64,000 bases of DNA, from positions 701,842 to 765,841 of the forward strand of contig CAWCGQ010000004.1 in the NCBI GenBank assembly GCA_963795125.1, in the 5' to 3' direction. The DNA is from an uncultured Acidimicrobiia bacterium. GTDB taxonomy: Bacteria; Acidobacteriota; Vicinamibacteria; Vicinamibacterales; UBA2999. The position numbers and the translations under genes are program-made. The notes below the pieces were generated by a model that saw nothing but the letters and a program-made list of their open reading frames with translations, was not told the DNA's origin and did no database searches. Shown one piece after another: positions 32,382-41,902 of the stretch (the first letter of the stretch is position 1; every line of letters starts with the position of its first letter).

Positions 32382-32945
32382 GTGAAGAAGTTCGCGCTCA
32401 CGCTCGCTATTGGTTTGCTCGCTGCCGCCACCGCATCCGCGCAAACGCACACCTACAAGGTGCTGGCGACCAGCAAGACCTCGACGATGCAGAAGGAAAT
32501 GCAGGAGGCGGGCGACGCCGGCTTCCGCTTTGTTGCCGTGATGGGCGGCGAAACCGGAGTGGGCGGCAAAGAGGTGGTCGTGCTGATGGAAAAGGTCAGC
32601 GGCGATTCGAACGTGTACGGATATCGCCTGCTGGCCACCAACAAGACTTCCACGCTGCAGAAGGAGTTGCAGGAAGCCGCCGACGGCGGGTTCCGCGTGG
32701 TCGGGCAAACGGTGTTCGAGAGCGTCTTCGGCGGCAAGGAGACGGCGGCCATCGTCGAGAAGGCCGGCGCGGCGACCGCCGAACGCTTTGAATACAAGCT
32801 CGTGGCGACCACGAAAACCTCGACGATGGAGAAGGAACTGAAGGAGCTGGCCGACGCCGGCTACCAGGCCACCGGTCTTACGGTTGGCAAGACCGCGCTC
32901 GGCGGCAGCGAGCTGGTCGTCATTACTCGGCGGAAGGCGAAGTGA
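32382..32945 (+). CDS. Secreted hypothetical protein with three ~50-aa internal repeats (DUF4177-like)
   Basis: YKVLATSKTSTMQKE, YRLLATNKTSTLQKE, YKLVATTKTSTMEKE; GGAGG RBS before the GTG start. Confidence 0.75.
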   Translation: MKKFALTLAIGLLAAATASAQTHTYKVLATSKTSTMQKEMQEAGDAGFRFVAVMGGETGVGGKEVVVLMEKVSGDSNVYGYRLLATNKTSTLQKELQEAADGGFRVVGQTVFESVFGGKETAAIVEKAGAATAERFEYKLVATTKTSTMEKELKELADAGYQATGLTVGKTALGGSELVVITRRKAK

Positions 32946-33016
32946 CGTTCCGGGCATTCGCGTTTCGGCGCGAATGCCCAGATGTCGGCGAATGTGCCAG
33001 ACTTACGTCACACCTC

Positions 33017-33388
33017 ATGACAGCCAGAGACTTCCGGCGCATTGCGCTCGGCATGGAAGGCGCCGTGGAAGCCTCACACATGAACCACCCAGACTTCCGC
33101 GTCAACGGGAAGATCTTCGCCACGATTCACCCCGACAACGCGCAGGGCATGGTCAAGCTCACGCCCGAGCAGCAGGAGCGGTTTATCCGCGAGCAGCCGG
33201 GGACGTTTCATCCCGCCGCCGGCGCCTGGGGCCGGCAGGGCAACACCATGGTGACCTTCGAGCAGGCCAACGACGATGCCGTGGGTGAGGCGATGACGCT
33301 GGCGTGGCAGAACCTTGCGCGCGCGGCGAAGAACGAAAGCGGTATTCGACGCGCACGAGCCGCCCGAATCGGACGCACTCGAAGGTAG
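33017..33388 (+). CDS. MmcQ/YjbR family protein
   Basis: HMNHPDFRVNGKIFAT...GAWGRQG...AMTLAW. Confidence 0.8.
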   Translation: MTARDFRRIALGMEGAVEASHMNHPDFRVNGKIFATIHPDNAQGMVKLTPEQQERFIREQPGTFHPAAGAWGRQGNTMVTFEQANDDAVGEAMTLAWQNLARAAKNESGIRRARAARIGRTRR

Positions 33389-33500
33389 TTAGACCCACTC
33401 GCTCGCGCGAGTGGAGCAAATCCCGCTCCACTTCACGGCACTGCGCGGCGATCCGTGACACAATCAGTGCATTCCACAACAAGAAAGTAAGGACCCAAAA

Positions 33501-34424
33501 ATGAGCGCTATTCGTGTCGGCAACTACGTCACTCACTCGATGAGGCCGGCGTGGGGCGTCGGCAAGGTCTTCGGCCAGAGCCAGCAGCACATCCTGGTCG
33601 GGTTTGTCGGCCTTCCCGAAGACGAACGATTCAAGCGCATGGAAATGCGTCCCGGTCTACTCGAGCGGTCCGACGTCAAGAACGACGCGGAGCTCGATTC
33701 ATGGAAAGTCGAATGCGATTCGACCTGCCACCCCGTGCTGGCGACGGTAAGGGCCAAGCGCACCGCCAAGGCGGCGCTCTGGACCCGCGAACAGGGCATG
33801 GAGAAGTTCCTCAACAAGTACAACGGCGGCTTTCCGGATGCGTGGTACCGATCGTCGCATCGCGATCCGCGCTTGAAGCAGCACCAGCTGTGGAACGAGC
33901 TGCTCGGCGGCGGCAAGCTGCGCGAGTTCGCCACGGACAATCCGCACATTGCGGCGCAGCACATCCTCAAGGTGATGGATCTGCCCGACAAGCCGCTGCT
34001 CCACGCCAAGAACGAACTGCCGCGGCTGCGCGATGCGTTCATGCGCACCGAGCGGATGCCCGCGTTTCTGATCGCGCTCGCGGACCTGCTCGACGCCGAA
34101 CGCCCCACCGCGGCTCTGTACGACGCGTATCTCACGGCGTTCGCGGCGCTCGCGCCGGCCGGCCAGAAATCGCCGATGTCGTGGCCGATCGTCACCTCGC
34201 TGCCGTACATCGCGAAGCCCCAGGCCCACGTGTTCCTCAAGCCCGCCTCGATGCGTAACGCCGCGGCCGGCCTCGGTGTGGACTTGAAGTTCAAGTCGAC
34301 GCCGAACTGGGCCACCTACGACCGGACGCTGACGTTCGGCAGGGGCCTGCTCGAGTTCATCGAACCGAGAAGCGGCGCCGACATGATCGACGTGCAGGCG
34401 TTCATCGGCGCGCTGGTCGAGTAG
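33501..34424 (+). CDS. DUF3553-like hypothetical protein, paralog 1
   Basis: N-terminal H..RPAWGVGKV; C-terminal WPIVT.LP, FLKP, PNWATY, DMIDVQAF, all shared with 37308-38210. Confidence 0.7.
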   Translation: MSAIRVGNYVTHSMRPAWGVGKVFGQSQQHILVGFVGLPEDERFKRMEMRPGLLERSDVKNDAELDSWKVECDSTCHPVLATVRAKRTAKAALWTREQGMEKFLNKYNGGFPDAWYRSSHRDPRLKQHQLWNELLGGGKLREFATDNPHIAAQHILKVMDLPDKPLLHAKNELPRLRDAFMRTERMPAFLIALADLLDAERPTAALYDAYLTAFAALAPAGQKSPMSWPIVTSLPYIAKPQAHVFLKPASMRNAAAGLGVDLKFKSTPNWATYDRTLTFGRGLLEFIEPRSGADMIDVQAFIGALVE

Positions 34425-34569
34425 GGCTCACCGCACACCTTACAAAGTCTTAACGTTGTTAAGACTGCGAACGGGTGTAGAAATCGGGCATGACAATGCG
34501 CAGCGCCTGGCGGGCGATCGCGTTCAGTCGTGCTGATCTCGGGAACCGGCGTGTCAGCCGGTTCCGGTC

Positions 34570-35869
34570 GTGCAGACCGGGCCGCCGCCGGAAATCAGGC
34601 AGCTGGTCGATGCCGTCGTCCAGGCCGTCAACGGCGGCAGCGCGGAAGCCTGGGAGGCGTTTGCCCAGGCGCGCTATGCGCCGGAGCTGCTGAAGAAGCA
34701 GACCGCCGCCGAGCGGGCGGAGGAATATCGCCGGCTCGTTGATGCCTTCGGCAGCGTCTCGCTCGGCCGGGTGCAGCGCAAGGGTCCGGACGCTCCCCTC
34801 GAATTGAACGTGAAGGGCGCCAAAAGCGCCGGTGTCATTGCCGTCGATATCGACGGCGTCCTGCCCCCGCACATCCTCAACCTGACGTTCACGGCCGGCG
34901 GCGGATCGCCGGCAGCGGGCGGGGTTGCTGCGCCGCCGATCGATCGCACGCTTGCCAGCGCGGAGATCGAGCAGCGGCTCGATGGCTACTTCACCAAGCT
35001 CGCCGCAGACGAGGTGTTTTCCGGCGTGGCGCTGGTGGCGCGCGAGGGCGTGCCGGTGTTCTTCAAGGCGTTTGGCCTGGCCGACCGCGAGAAGAACATC
35101 CCCAATACCATTCGCACGCGCTTCAACATCGGCTCGATCAACAAGATCTTCACGCAGCTGGCGATCCGGCAGCTGATTAGCGCCGGCAAGCTGTCACCCA
35201 CCGACACGCTCGGCAAGTTCTACCCGGACTACCCGCAGGCGGCGAGCCGCGGCGCCACGGTGGAGCAGTTGCTGACGCATCGGGGCGGGCTGGCGGACAT
35301 CTTCGGTCCGGAGTTCGGCAGCACGCCGAAGGATCGCTTCGCCTCGAATGCCGAGTACTTTCGTTTCATCGGCAGCCTGCCGCCGGCCTTCGCGCCTGGC
35401 GAACGCAATCAGTACCTGCAACGGCTGCTACATCGCCCTCGGCGCCATCGTCGAGCGCGTCTCCGGAATGCCGTACGAGAAGTACGTGGCGGAGAACGTC
35501 TTCAGCCGCGCCGAGATGACCAGCACCGGCTATCCGCGCAGCGATCGCCCCGAGGCCGACATCGCGCTTGGCTACACCCGCCGCGGCGGCGACACCGCGC
35601 TCAGAAACAACATCGCCATGCACGGCGTCACCGGCAGCGCCGCCGGTGGCGGCTACTCCACCGCGCTCGATCTGCTGACCTATGCGAAGGCTGTTCGCGC
35701 CGGCCGCTTTCCCGGCGTCGAGCCGGGAATTGGCGCCGCTGGCGGCGCGCCTGGTATCAACGCGGTGCTCGAAACACGCGGGGAGTGGGTGGTGATCGTG
35801 CTGACCAATTTCGATCCGCCCACCGGCGAGCGGATCGGGATTGCCATCGCGGACGCGCTGGAGCGCTAA
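34570..35869 (+). CDS. Serine hydrolase, beta-lactamase family; frameshift near 35416
   Basis: FNIGSINK, LLTHRGG, Y-C-N motif across the frameshift, AAGGGYST. Confidence 0.82.
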
Positions 35870-35873
35870 CGAA

Positions 35874-37152
35874 TCAGAGGATCGAGGTGCTCTTGCCGCC
35901 GAGCACCGCGACCACCCGGTCGATGTCGTCGTGGGTGTTGAACACCGACACCGCGAGGCGGATGCGATTCTCGTTGCCGATCACCGTCGCCGCCACGTGC
36001 GCCGCCTGCAGCATCTTCGTCGTCGAGGCCGCGTCCTTCAGTTCGAACGCGACGATCGGCGTGTCGGTGCCCATCGGCGTGAGCGCCTTGTAGCCAAGCG
36101 GCGGCAGTTCCTTCTGCAACCGGTCGGTCAGCTCCTTCGCGTGCGCGGCGGATGTTGGTGAGGCCGCACTTCACGACGTAGTCGATGCCGGCGTTCACGG
36201 CCGCCGCCATCACCACCGGGATGCCGCCGGTTTCATACCGCGCCGCGCCGGGCAGGGGTTCCCAGGTGAGCTGTGCGCGGTTGAAGTTCGTCACCTGCCG
36301 ATGCCCGAACCTGGTCGTCGGCAGCACCGTGCCCTGCAGATCCTCGCGGACGTAGAGGAAGCCGATGCCGCGTTCGCCCATCAGCCACTTGTAGGTGCCG
36401 GTCGAGGCGAAGTCGATGCCGAGCGCCTTGACGTCGATTGGCATCGCGCCGACGCCCTGGATGATGTCGGCGAACACATGCGCGCCGCGCGCATGCGCAA
36501 TCGCGCTCACCGCCTTCGCATCGTGCATGAACCCGTTGACGTTCGACACCAGCGCCATCGACACCAGCCGGGTGTTCTTGTCGATCGCCTTGGCCATGTC
36601 TTCCGGATCGATCGCCCAGTTCTTGTGCTTGACGATGCGCAGCTCGACGCCTTGCTTTTGCAGCTCCTTGTACATGTAGAGCGAGGAGGTGAAGTGCAGC
36701 TCGTCGATGACGATGTTGCTGCCCTTTTTCTTCGCCAGGTCGAGCCCCAAGACGACGATGTTTTCGCCGTCGGAGGTGTTGGCGGTGTAGGCAATTTCTT
36801 TGGCGGTGGCGTTGATCAGCGCGCCGAACTTCTTCTTGAGCTCTTCCTGTTTGGCCGCGCCAAAATCCGAGCGTCCCTCGCCGGCGCCGTAGAGCCGGTA
36901 GTCGATGACGTTCTTCATGGCCTCGGCCGCGAAGGTGCCCACCGGGTGCATCGACGCCGAATTCAGGTACGTCTCGGTCGAGACCGAAGGGAAGTGGAGG
37001 CGCACCGAGGGAGGGAACACTCCCGCCCGCGCCGGGTTCTGCAGCAGTCCCGTGGGGTCGGCCTTCTTCAGCTCCGCGGCTTCCGCGAACGTGGGCAGGT
37101 GGACGGCCGTCGCCAGCGCACCGGTGGTGGTGAGGAACTCGCGTCGATTCAT
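35874..37152 (-). CDS. Class V aminotransferase / cysteine desulfurase-like protein with Tat leader; frameshift near 36148
   Basis: MNRREFL, YLNSAS, DIIQGVG, TYKWLMG, RYETG, IRLAVSVFN. Confidence 0.85.
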
Positions 37153-37180
37153 TTCGGCCTCGTTACCGCATTCTACGCGG

Positions 37181-37304
37181 TTCCAGGGGTTCCAGTTCGG
37201 GTTCCAAAGGCAACGTTCGAGCGGAGTTCCAAGGTTCTGAACCCTGGAACCACAGAAGAACGACGCCTTTGGAACAGTTGGAACCCTTGGAACCCTTGGA
37301 ACCC
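37181..37304. repeat. Intergenic GGAAC/GTTCC short-repeat cluster in both orientations
   Basis: GTTCCA run at 37180-37232, then tggaacagt tggaaccct tggaaccct tggaaccc; same family as 30503-30538. Confidence 0.65.
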
Positions 37305-37307
37305 GCG

Positions 37308-38210
37308 TCAGTCGAGCTCCCTCGTCACCCACATGAACTGCTGCACGTCGATCATGTCCTTCGCCCCGAGCGGCGCCAGGCGCGCCAGCAGGGCGTTGCT
37401 CATGCGCAGGAACAGGTCGTAGGTTTCCCAGTTCGGGGTGGTGTCGTACTTCAGGTTCAGGCCCATGCGCGCGGCGATCACGTCGGTGTTGGTCGGCTTG
37501 AGCGGCAGGAAGCGTTTCGGGTCGGCCAGAAACGGCAGCAGCGTGACGATCGGCCAGGTGTGTACCTTGCCGCCGTCGGCCGGCAGCTTGCTCACCGCTT
37601 CGGCCATGGCCTTGAATGTCTGCTGGCCCGGGCCGGCGATGAAGGCCAGCGTGCTGGCGAGCACCAGGGTCGAGGCCTCGTCGGCTTTCACGAACGCCTT
37701 GTGCACCGCCTTCACTTCGAACGGCGACAGGATGTTGGTGGCGCGGAAGATGCCGTCGAACGCGCCGGCGATCTCGGCGTGCTTGGCTTGCTCGACCATC
37801 GCGGCGCCGCGGCCGTCGCCGAAGTTGGCCTGGAACACGTCCGCCGCCGCGCGCTTGTTGCGCAGGTCGTTATCCAGGAACTTCTCATCATCAAATTTGG
37901 CCGGGTAGGTGGCTTCGAACCACTGCACCGCGGCGTCGAGATCGTTCTGCAGGTCCTTGACCTTGCGCTTCGAGATCTTCTTGGGCTTGCCGGGACCGGT
38001 TTCGATGCCGTCGAGTTCCGGGTCGCTCTGCACGCTCGACTTGGTGATCTGGGTGGCGTCTTCGCGCAGCTTGCGCTGCGGGCCCTGGGGCGAACTGGCC
38101 AGCGACGGGAAGTGGATGATCGCGTAGGGCGAGATGATCTCGATGACCTTGCCGCGCTGCCACACTGGATGATCGACAAGGATGCCTACGTCATTGGGCG
38201 TTAAAAGCAT
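37308..38210 (-). CDS. DUF3553-like hypothetical protein, paralog 2
   Basis: HPVWQRGKV; WPIVTLLPF, LKP, PNWETY, DMIDVQQF. Confidence 0.7.
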   Translation of the reverse strand: MLLTPNDVGILVDHPVWQRGKVIEIISPYAIIHFPSLASSPQGPQRKLREDATQITKSSVQSDPELDGIETGPGKPKKISKRKVKDLQNDLDAAVQWFEATYPAKFDDEKFLDNDLRNKRAAADVFQANFGDGRGAAMVEQAKHAEIAGAFDGIFRATNILSPFEVKAVHKAFVKADEASTLVLASTLAFIAGPGQQTFKAMAEAVSKLPADGGKVHTWPIVTLLPFLADPKRFLPLKPTNTDVIAARMGLNLKYDTTPNWETYDLFLRMSNALLARLAPLGAKDMIDVQQFMWVTRELD

Positions 38211-38270
38211 CCGCACATTCTACGCTGTCGGGGCACAATAGCTGCATTCGGAACTGGCGAGGGAGACGAC

Positions 38271-38714
38271 ATGGCAAAGCGGAAAGCGGCGAAGAAACGG
38301 GCGGGCGGCGGCGAATCGGGCGGTTCGAGTGTGGAGCCCATGGTGATGGCGCTCGCCGAGCAGCTGGGATCGTTTCTGGGACGAGTCCAGAAGAAGGCCG
38401 ACGGCTGGCTGGAAAACGACGGCCTGCGGCAGCAGTTGAGCGGGATCCGCGACGGCGCCGCCGACCTGTTGAAGCAGGTGAACGCGTCGGCCGCCTCGGT
38501 CAGGAAATCGGTTGCCGCGCCCGCGCCGGCGAAGAAGGCGAAGGCAAAGCCGGCGGGTCGAGCGTCGAAGGGCCGCAGCGGCGGCGTGGTGGATGCCCCG
38601 GGCAAGCGGCATCGCAAACCGCCACCGCAGGAACTGTTCGATCCGCGTCTTGGCGAGCCGATGGGGAAGCAGATGGGTCAGAAGAATTTGAAGCGCCGGC
38701 CGCACCACGGCTGA
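38271..38714 (+). CDS. Small basic Lys/Ala-rich hypothetical protein
   Basis: GGGAG RBS; codon usage like neighbouring genes; 147 aa. Confidence 0.65.
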   Translation: MAKRKAAKKRAGGGESGGSSVEPMVMALAEQLGSFLGRVQKKADGWLENDGLRQQLSGIRDGAADLLKQVNASAASVRKSVAAPAPAKKAKAKPAGRASKGRSGGVVDAPGKRHRKPPPQELFDPRLGEPMGKQMGQKNLKRRPHHG

Positions 38715-38730
38715 GCGGTACGCGCTCGCT

Positions 38731-40504
38731 CGGCGCGGGGATCGCGACCAGACACTCGTTGCGCCGCGCCTCGCCGGCGCATGGATGCGACCGGCCGCTC
38801 ATCGTCGCCTCGGCGGCTCGCGCGGCGCGGGCTCGCAACGAGTCGCTCTCGCCGTTTTCGGCTCAGCTCGCCGGGAAAATGTCGCCCCGGCCTGTCAACC
38901 GATCGTTCGCCGGCGCTCCATTTTCCGGTGAAAACTCCGCGTCGGCTCGTTCAACGAAATCGGCGAGAGCGACTCGTTGCGCCGCGCCTCGCTCGCGCCA
39001 GAGTGCGGCAGGCCGGTCATCGTCGGCCTGGAGCGAGCGCGGAGGCTGATGATGATCGGGCTGTCGCGCTCACGGCGCTGTCGAGGCGCGGGGATCGCAA
39101 CGAGTCGCTCTCGCCGTTTTCGGCTCAGCTCGCCGGGAAAATGTCGCCCCGGCCCGTCAACCGATCGTTCGCCGGCGCTCCATTTTCCGGTGAAAACTCC
39201 GCGTCGGCTCGTTCAACGAAATCGGCGAGCGCGACTCGTTGCGCCGCGCCTCGCCCGCGCCAGAGTGCGGCAGGCCGGTCATCGTCGGCCGGAGCGCGAG
39301 CGAAAGCCGGCGGGAGGAGGCCCGATGGCCACCAGGGTGGCCGAGCGCCGAAGGAAAAGCGGGCCGACGGTCGGGTTTCTTGCCGCAACCTCGCTGTGCG
39401 CCGCAGCAGCGTCAGTCAGGCGCGAACAGCGAGTTGGTAGCCGTCTGGAGCGAGCGCGGAGGCTGATGATGAGCGGGCTGTCGCGCTCACGCCGCTGTCG
39501 AGGCGCGGGGATCGCAACGAGTCGCTCTCGCCGTTTTCGGCTCAGCTCGCCGGGAAAATGTCGCCCCGGCCCGTCAACCGATCGTTCGCCGGCGCTCCAT
39601 TTTCCGGTGAAAACTCCGCGTCGGCTCGTTCAACGAAATCGTCGAGAGCGACTCGTTGCGCCGCGCCTCGCCCGCGCCAGAGTGCGGCAGGCCGGTCATC
39701 GTCGGCCGGAGCGCGAGCGAAAGCCGGCGGGAGGAGGCCCGATGGCCACCAGGGTGGCCGAGCGCCGAAGGAAAAGCGGGCCGACGGTCGGGTTTCTTGC
39801 CGCAACCTCGCTGTGAGCCGCAGCAGCGTCAGTCAGGCGCGAACAGCGAGTTGGTAGCCGTCTGGAGCGAGCGCGGAGGCTGATGATGAGCGGGCTGTCG
39901 CGCTCACGCCGCTGTCGAGGCGCGGGGATCGCAACGAGTCGCTCTCGCCGTTTTCGGCTCAGCTCGCCGGGAAAATGTCGCCCCGGCCCGTCAACCGATC
40001 GTTCGCCGGAGCTCCATTTTCCGGTGAAAACTCCGCGTCGGCTCGTTCAACGAAATCGTCGAGCGCGACTCGTTGCGCCGCGCCTCGCCCGCGCCAGAGT
40101 GCGGCAGGCCGGTCATCGTCGGCCGGAGCGCGAGCGAAAGCCGGCGGGAGGAGGCCCGATGGCCACCAGGGTGGCCGAGCGCCGAAGGAAAAGCGGGCCG
40201 ACGGTCGGGTTTCTTGCCGCAACCTCGCTGTGAGCCGCAGCAGCGTCAGTCAGGCGCGAACAGCGAGTTGGTAGCCGTCTGGAGCGAGCGCGGAGGCTGA
40301 TGATGAGCGGGCTGTCGCGCTCACGGCGCTGTCGAGGCGCGGGGATCGCAACGAGTCGCTCTCGCCGTTTTCGGCTCAGCTCGCCGGGAAAATGTCGCCC
40401 CGGCCCGTCAATCGATCGTTCGCCGGCGCTCCATTTTCCGGTGAAAACTCCGCGTCGGCTCGTTCAACGAAATCGGCGAGAGCGACTCGTTGCGCCGCGC
40501 CTCG
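38731..40504. repeat. Non-coding tandem array: five hairpin cores spaced 262, 417, 417 and 417 bp, plus a collapsed core at 38731
   Basis: GCAACGAGTCGC at 38835, 39097, 39514, 39931 and 40348; each core bounded by the inverted repeat CGCAACGAGTCGCTCTCGCCG / CGGCGAGAGCGACTCGTTGCG (0-2 substitutions per copy). Confidence 0.95.
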
Positions 40505-40675
40505 CCGCGGGCGCCCCTTACGCGGGCTGGGTCTGGCTCGACGTCATGAGCTGCGAGTAACTGAGCTCCGCCGTTGCCGAGTATCGCTGGCGCAGTCACA
40601 CGTTCCTAGTGGCCGCTCAACGAGCCAGCCACTGCGCCCCTCGCCTGGAACCACCCTGGCGCATAAGATGACCTC

Positions 40676-41886
40676 ATGAAGCTGATGCCGCTTGCGCTTG
40701 CCCTGCTGTCGCCGCTCGTCGCTGCGGCGCAGACGCCTCGCTCGATCCGCGACATCGCATCCGGCAGCCACTTCACCCTCGTCGTCAAGGCCGACGGCAC
40801 CGTCGTCGGCTGGGGACGCGATGCGGATGGGCAGGCCGCGCGGCCGGTGTCCGCCAATCGCGTCGTCGCCGCTCCCGTCACGATCGACCTGCCAGGCAAG
40901 GCGCTGCAGGTCGCCATGGGCGATACGACTCAATACGCGCTGCTCGAAGACGGCAGCGTCGTGGCCTGGGGCACGAACGACGAGGGACAGTTGGGCAACG
41001 GGCCGATGGGCGCGAGCGGAGAACCGGGCCGCTATCCAAAGCCGTCGATCACGCCGGTGCGCGTGACGGGTCTCGCCAACATCATCCAGATCGAAGCCGG
41101 CGCGAAGCACGCGGTGGCGCTGCGCAAGGACGGCACGGTGTGGGCCTGGGGCACGCGAGACGACGGGGCGATTGGCGATGGCGAGCCGAAGACACTGCGG
41201 CCGGTGATGGCGATTGGCGCAACGCAGGTGACGGGCCTGCAGGGCATCACGCGGATCGCCGCCAGCGGCCGCCACAACCTGGCGCTCAGGTCGGACGGCA
41301 AGGTGATGGCGTGGGGACTGAACCGCGACGGTCAACTCGGCAACGGCACGCGCGACAACGGATGGACGCCGGCGGAGGTGAGCGGCCTCGATCGCATCGT
41401 CGGCATTGCCGCGGGGCTGGCCGGCTTTGCCGGCAACTGCTTTTCAGGCGCGGTGCGAGACGACGGCACGGTGTGGACGTGGGGATCGGGCGTGGCGGGC
41501 GTGATGGGGAACGGCATGCGAGAACCCGTCGCCCGATGACCCCGGCGGCCGCAACCTGCTGCCGCTGCAGGTGCCGGGCCTGGCCAACGTGAAGACGCTG
41601 AGCTTCGGCATCGGCCACGCCGCGGCGCTGCTCGGCGACGGCACGCTCCGGATGTGGGGCCACGACGGATTCGGACAGATCGGCGTCGGCACGTCGAGCG
41701 ACTACTTACCCGAAGCCCGTGCCGGTCAAAGGGATCACCAACGTGTCGGCTGTCTACCTGGGCAGCATGCGCTCGTTCGCGGTGCGAACGGACGGCACGT
41801 TGTGGATCTGGGGCTTCGGGTCGACCGGCGGGCAGGGGATCCTGGGGAGGAATCTCCGCGTGCCGACCCTGATGGAGTTGCCGTAA
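40676..41886 (+). CDS. Secreted RCC1/BLIP-II repeat protein; frameshifts near 41530 and 41710
   Basis: Repeated H..AL..DG.V.AWG.N..GQLG. Confidence 0.85.
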
Positions 41887-41902
41887 CGCGGACGACGAAG
41901 AT

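Noticed and set aside
39082-39253. Classical integron attC site (paired AAC...GTT)
   Set aside because: The flanks do not fit RYYYAAC/GTTRRRY, the stem lacks the unpaired central spacer and extrahelical bases, and no integrase lies in the window.
39046-39304. Hammerhead ribozyme in the repeat (CTGATGA and CGAAA both present)
   Set aside because: CTGATGA is not followed by a stem closing directly onto GAAA, and it pairs within the outer rod stem instead.
38731-40504. CRISPR array
   Set aside because: Units are hundreds of bp long, the intervening sequences are near-identical rather than unique spacers, and no cas genes are present.
38759-40679. Repeated ORFs within the array as real proteins
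   Set aside because: They are Arg/Ser/Ala-rich translations in several frames with no motifs, and the stop at 39814 and 40231 is absent from the equivalent position of the preceding copy.
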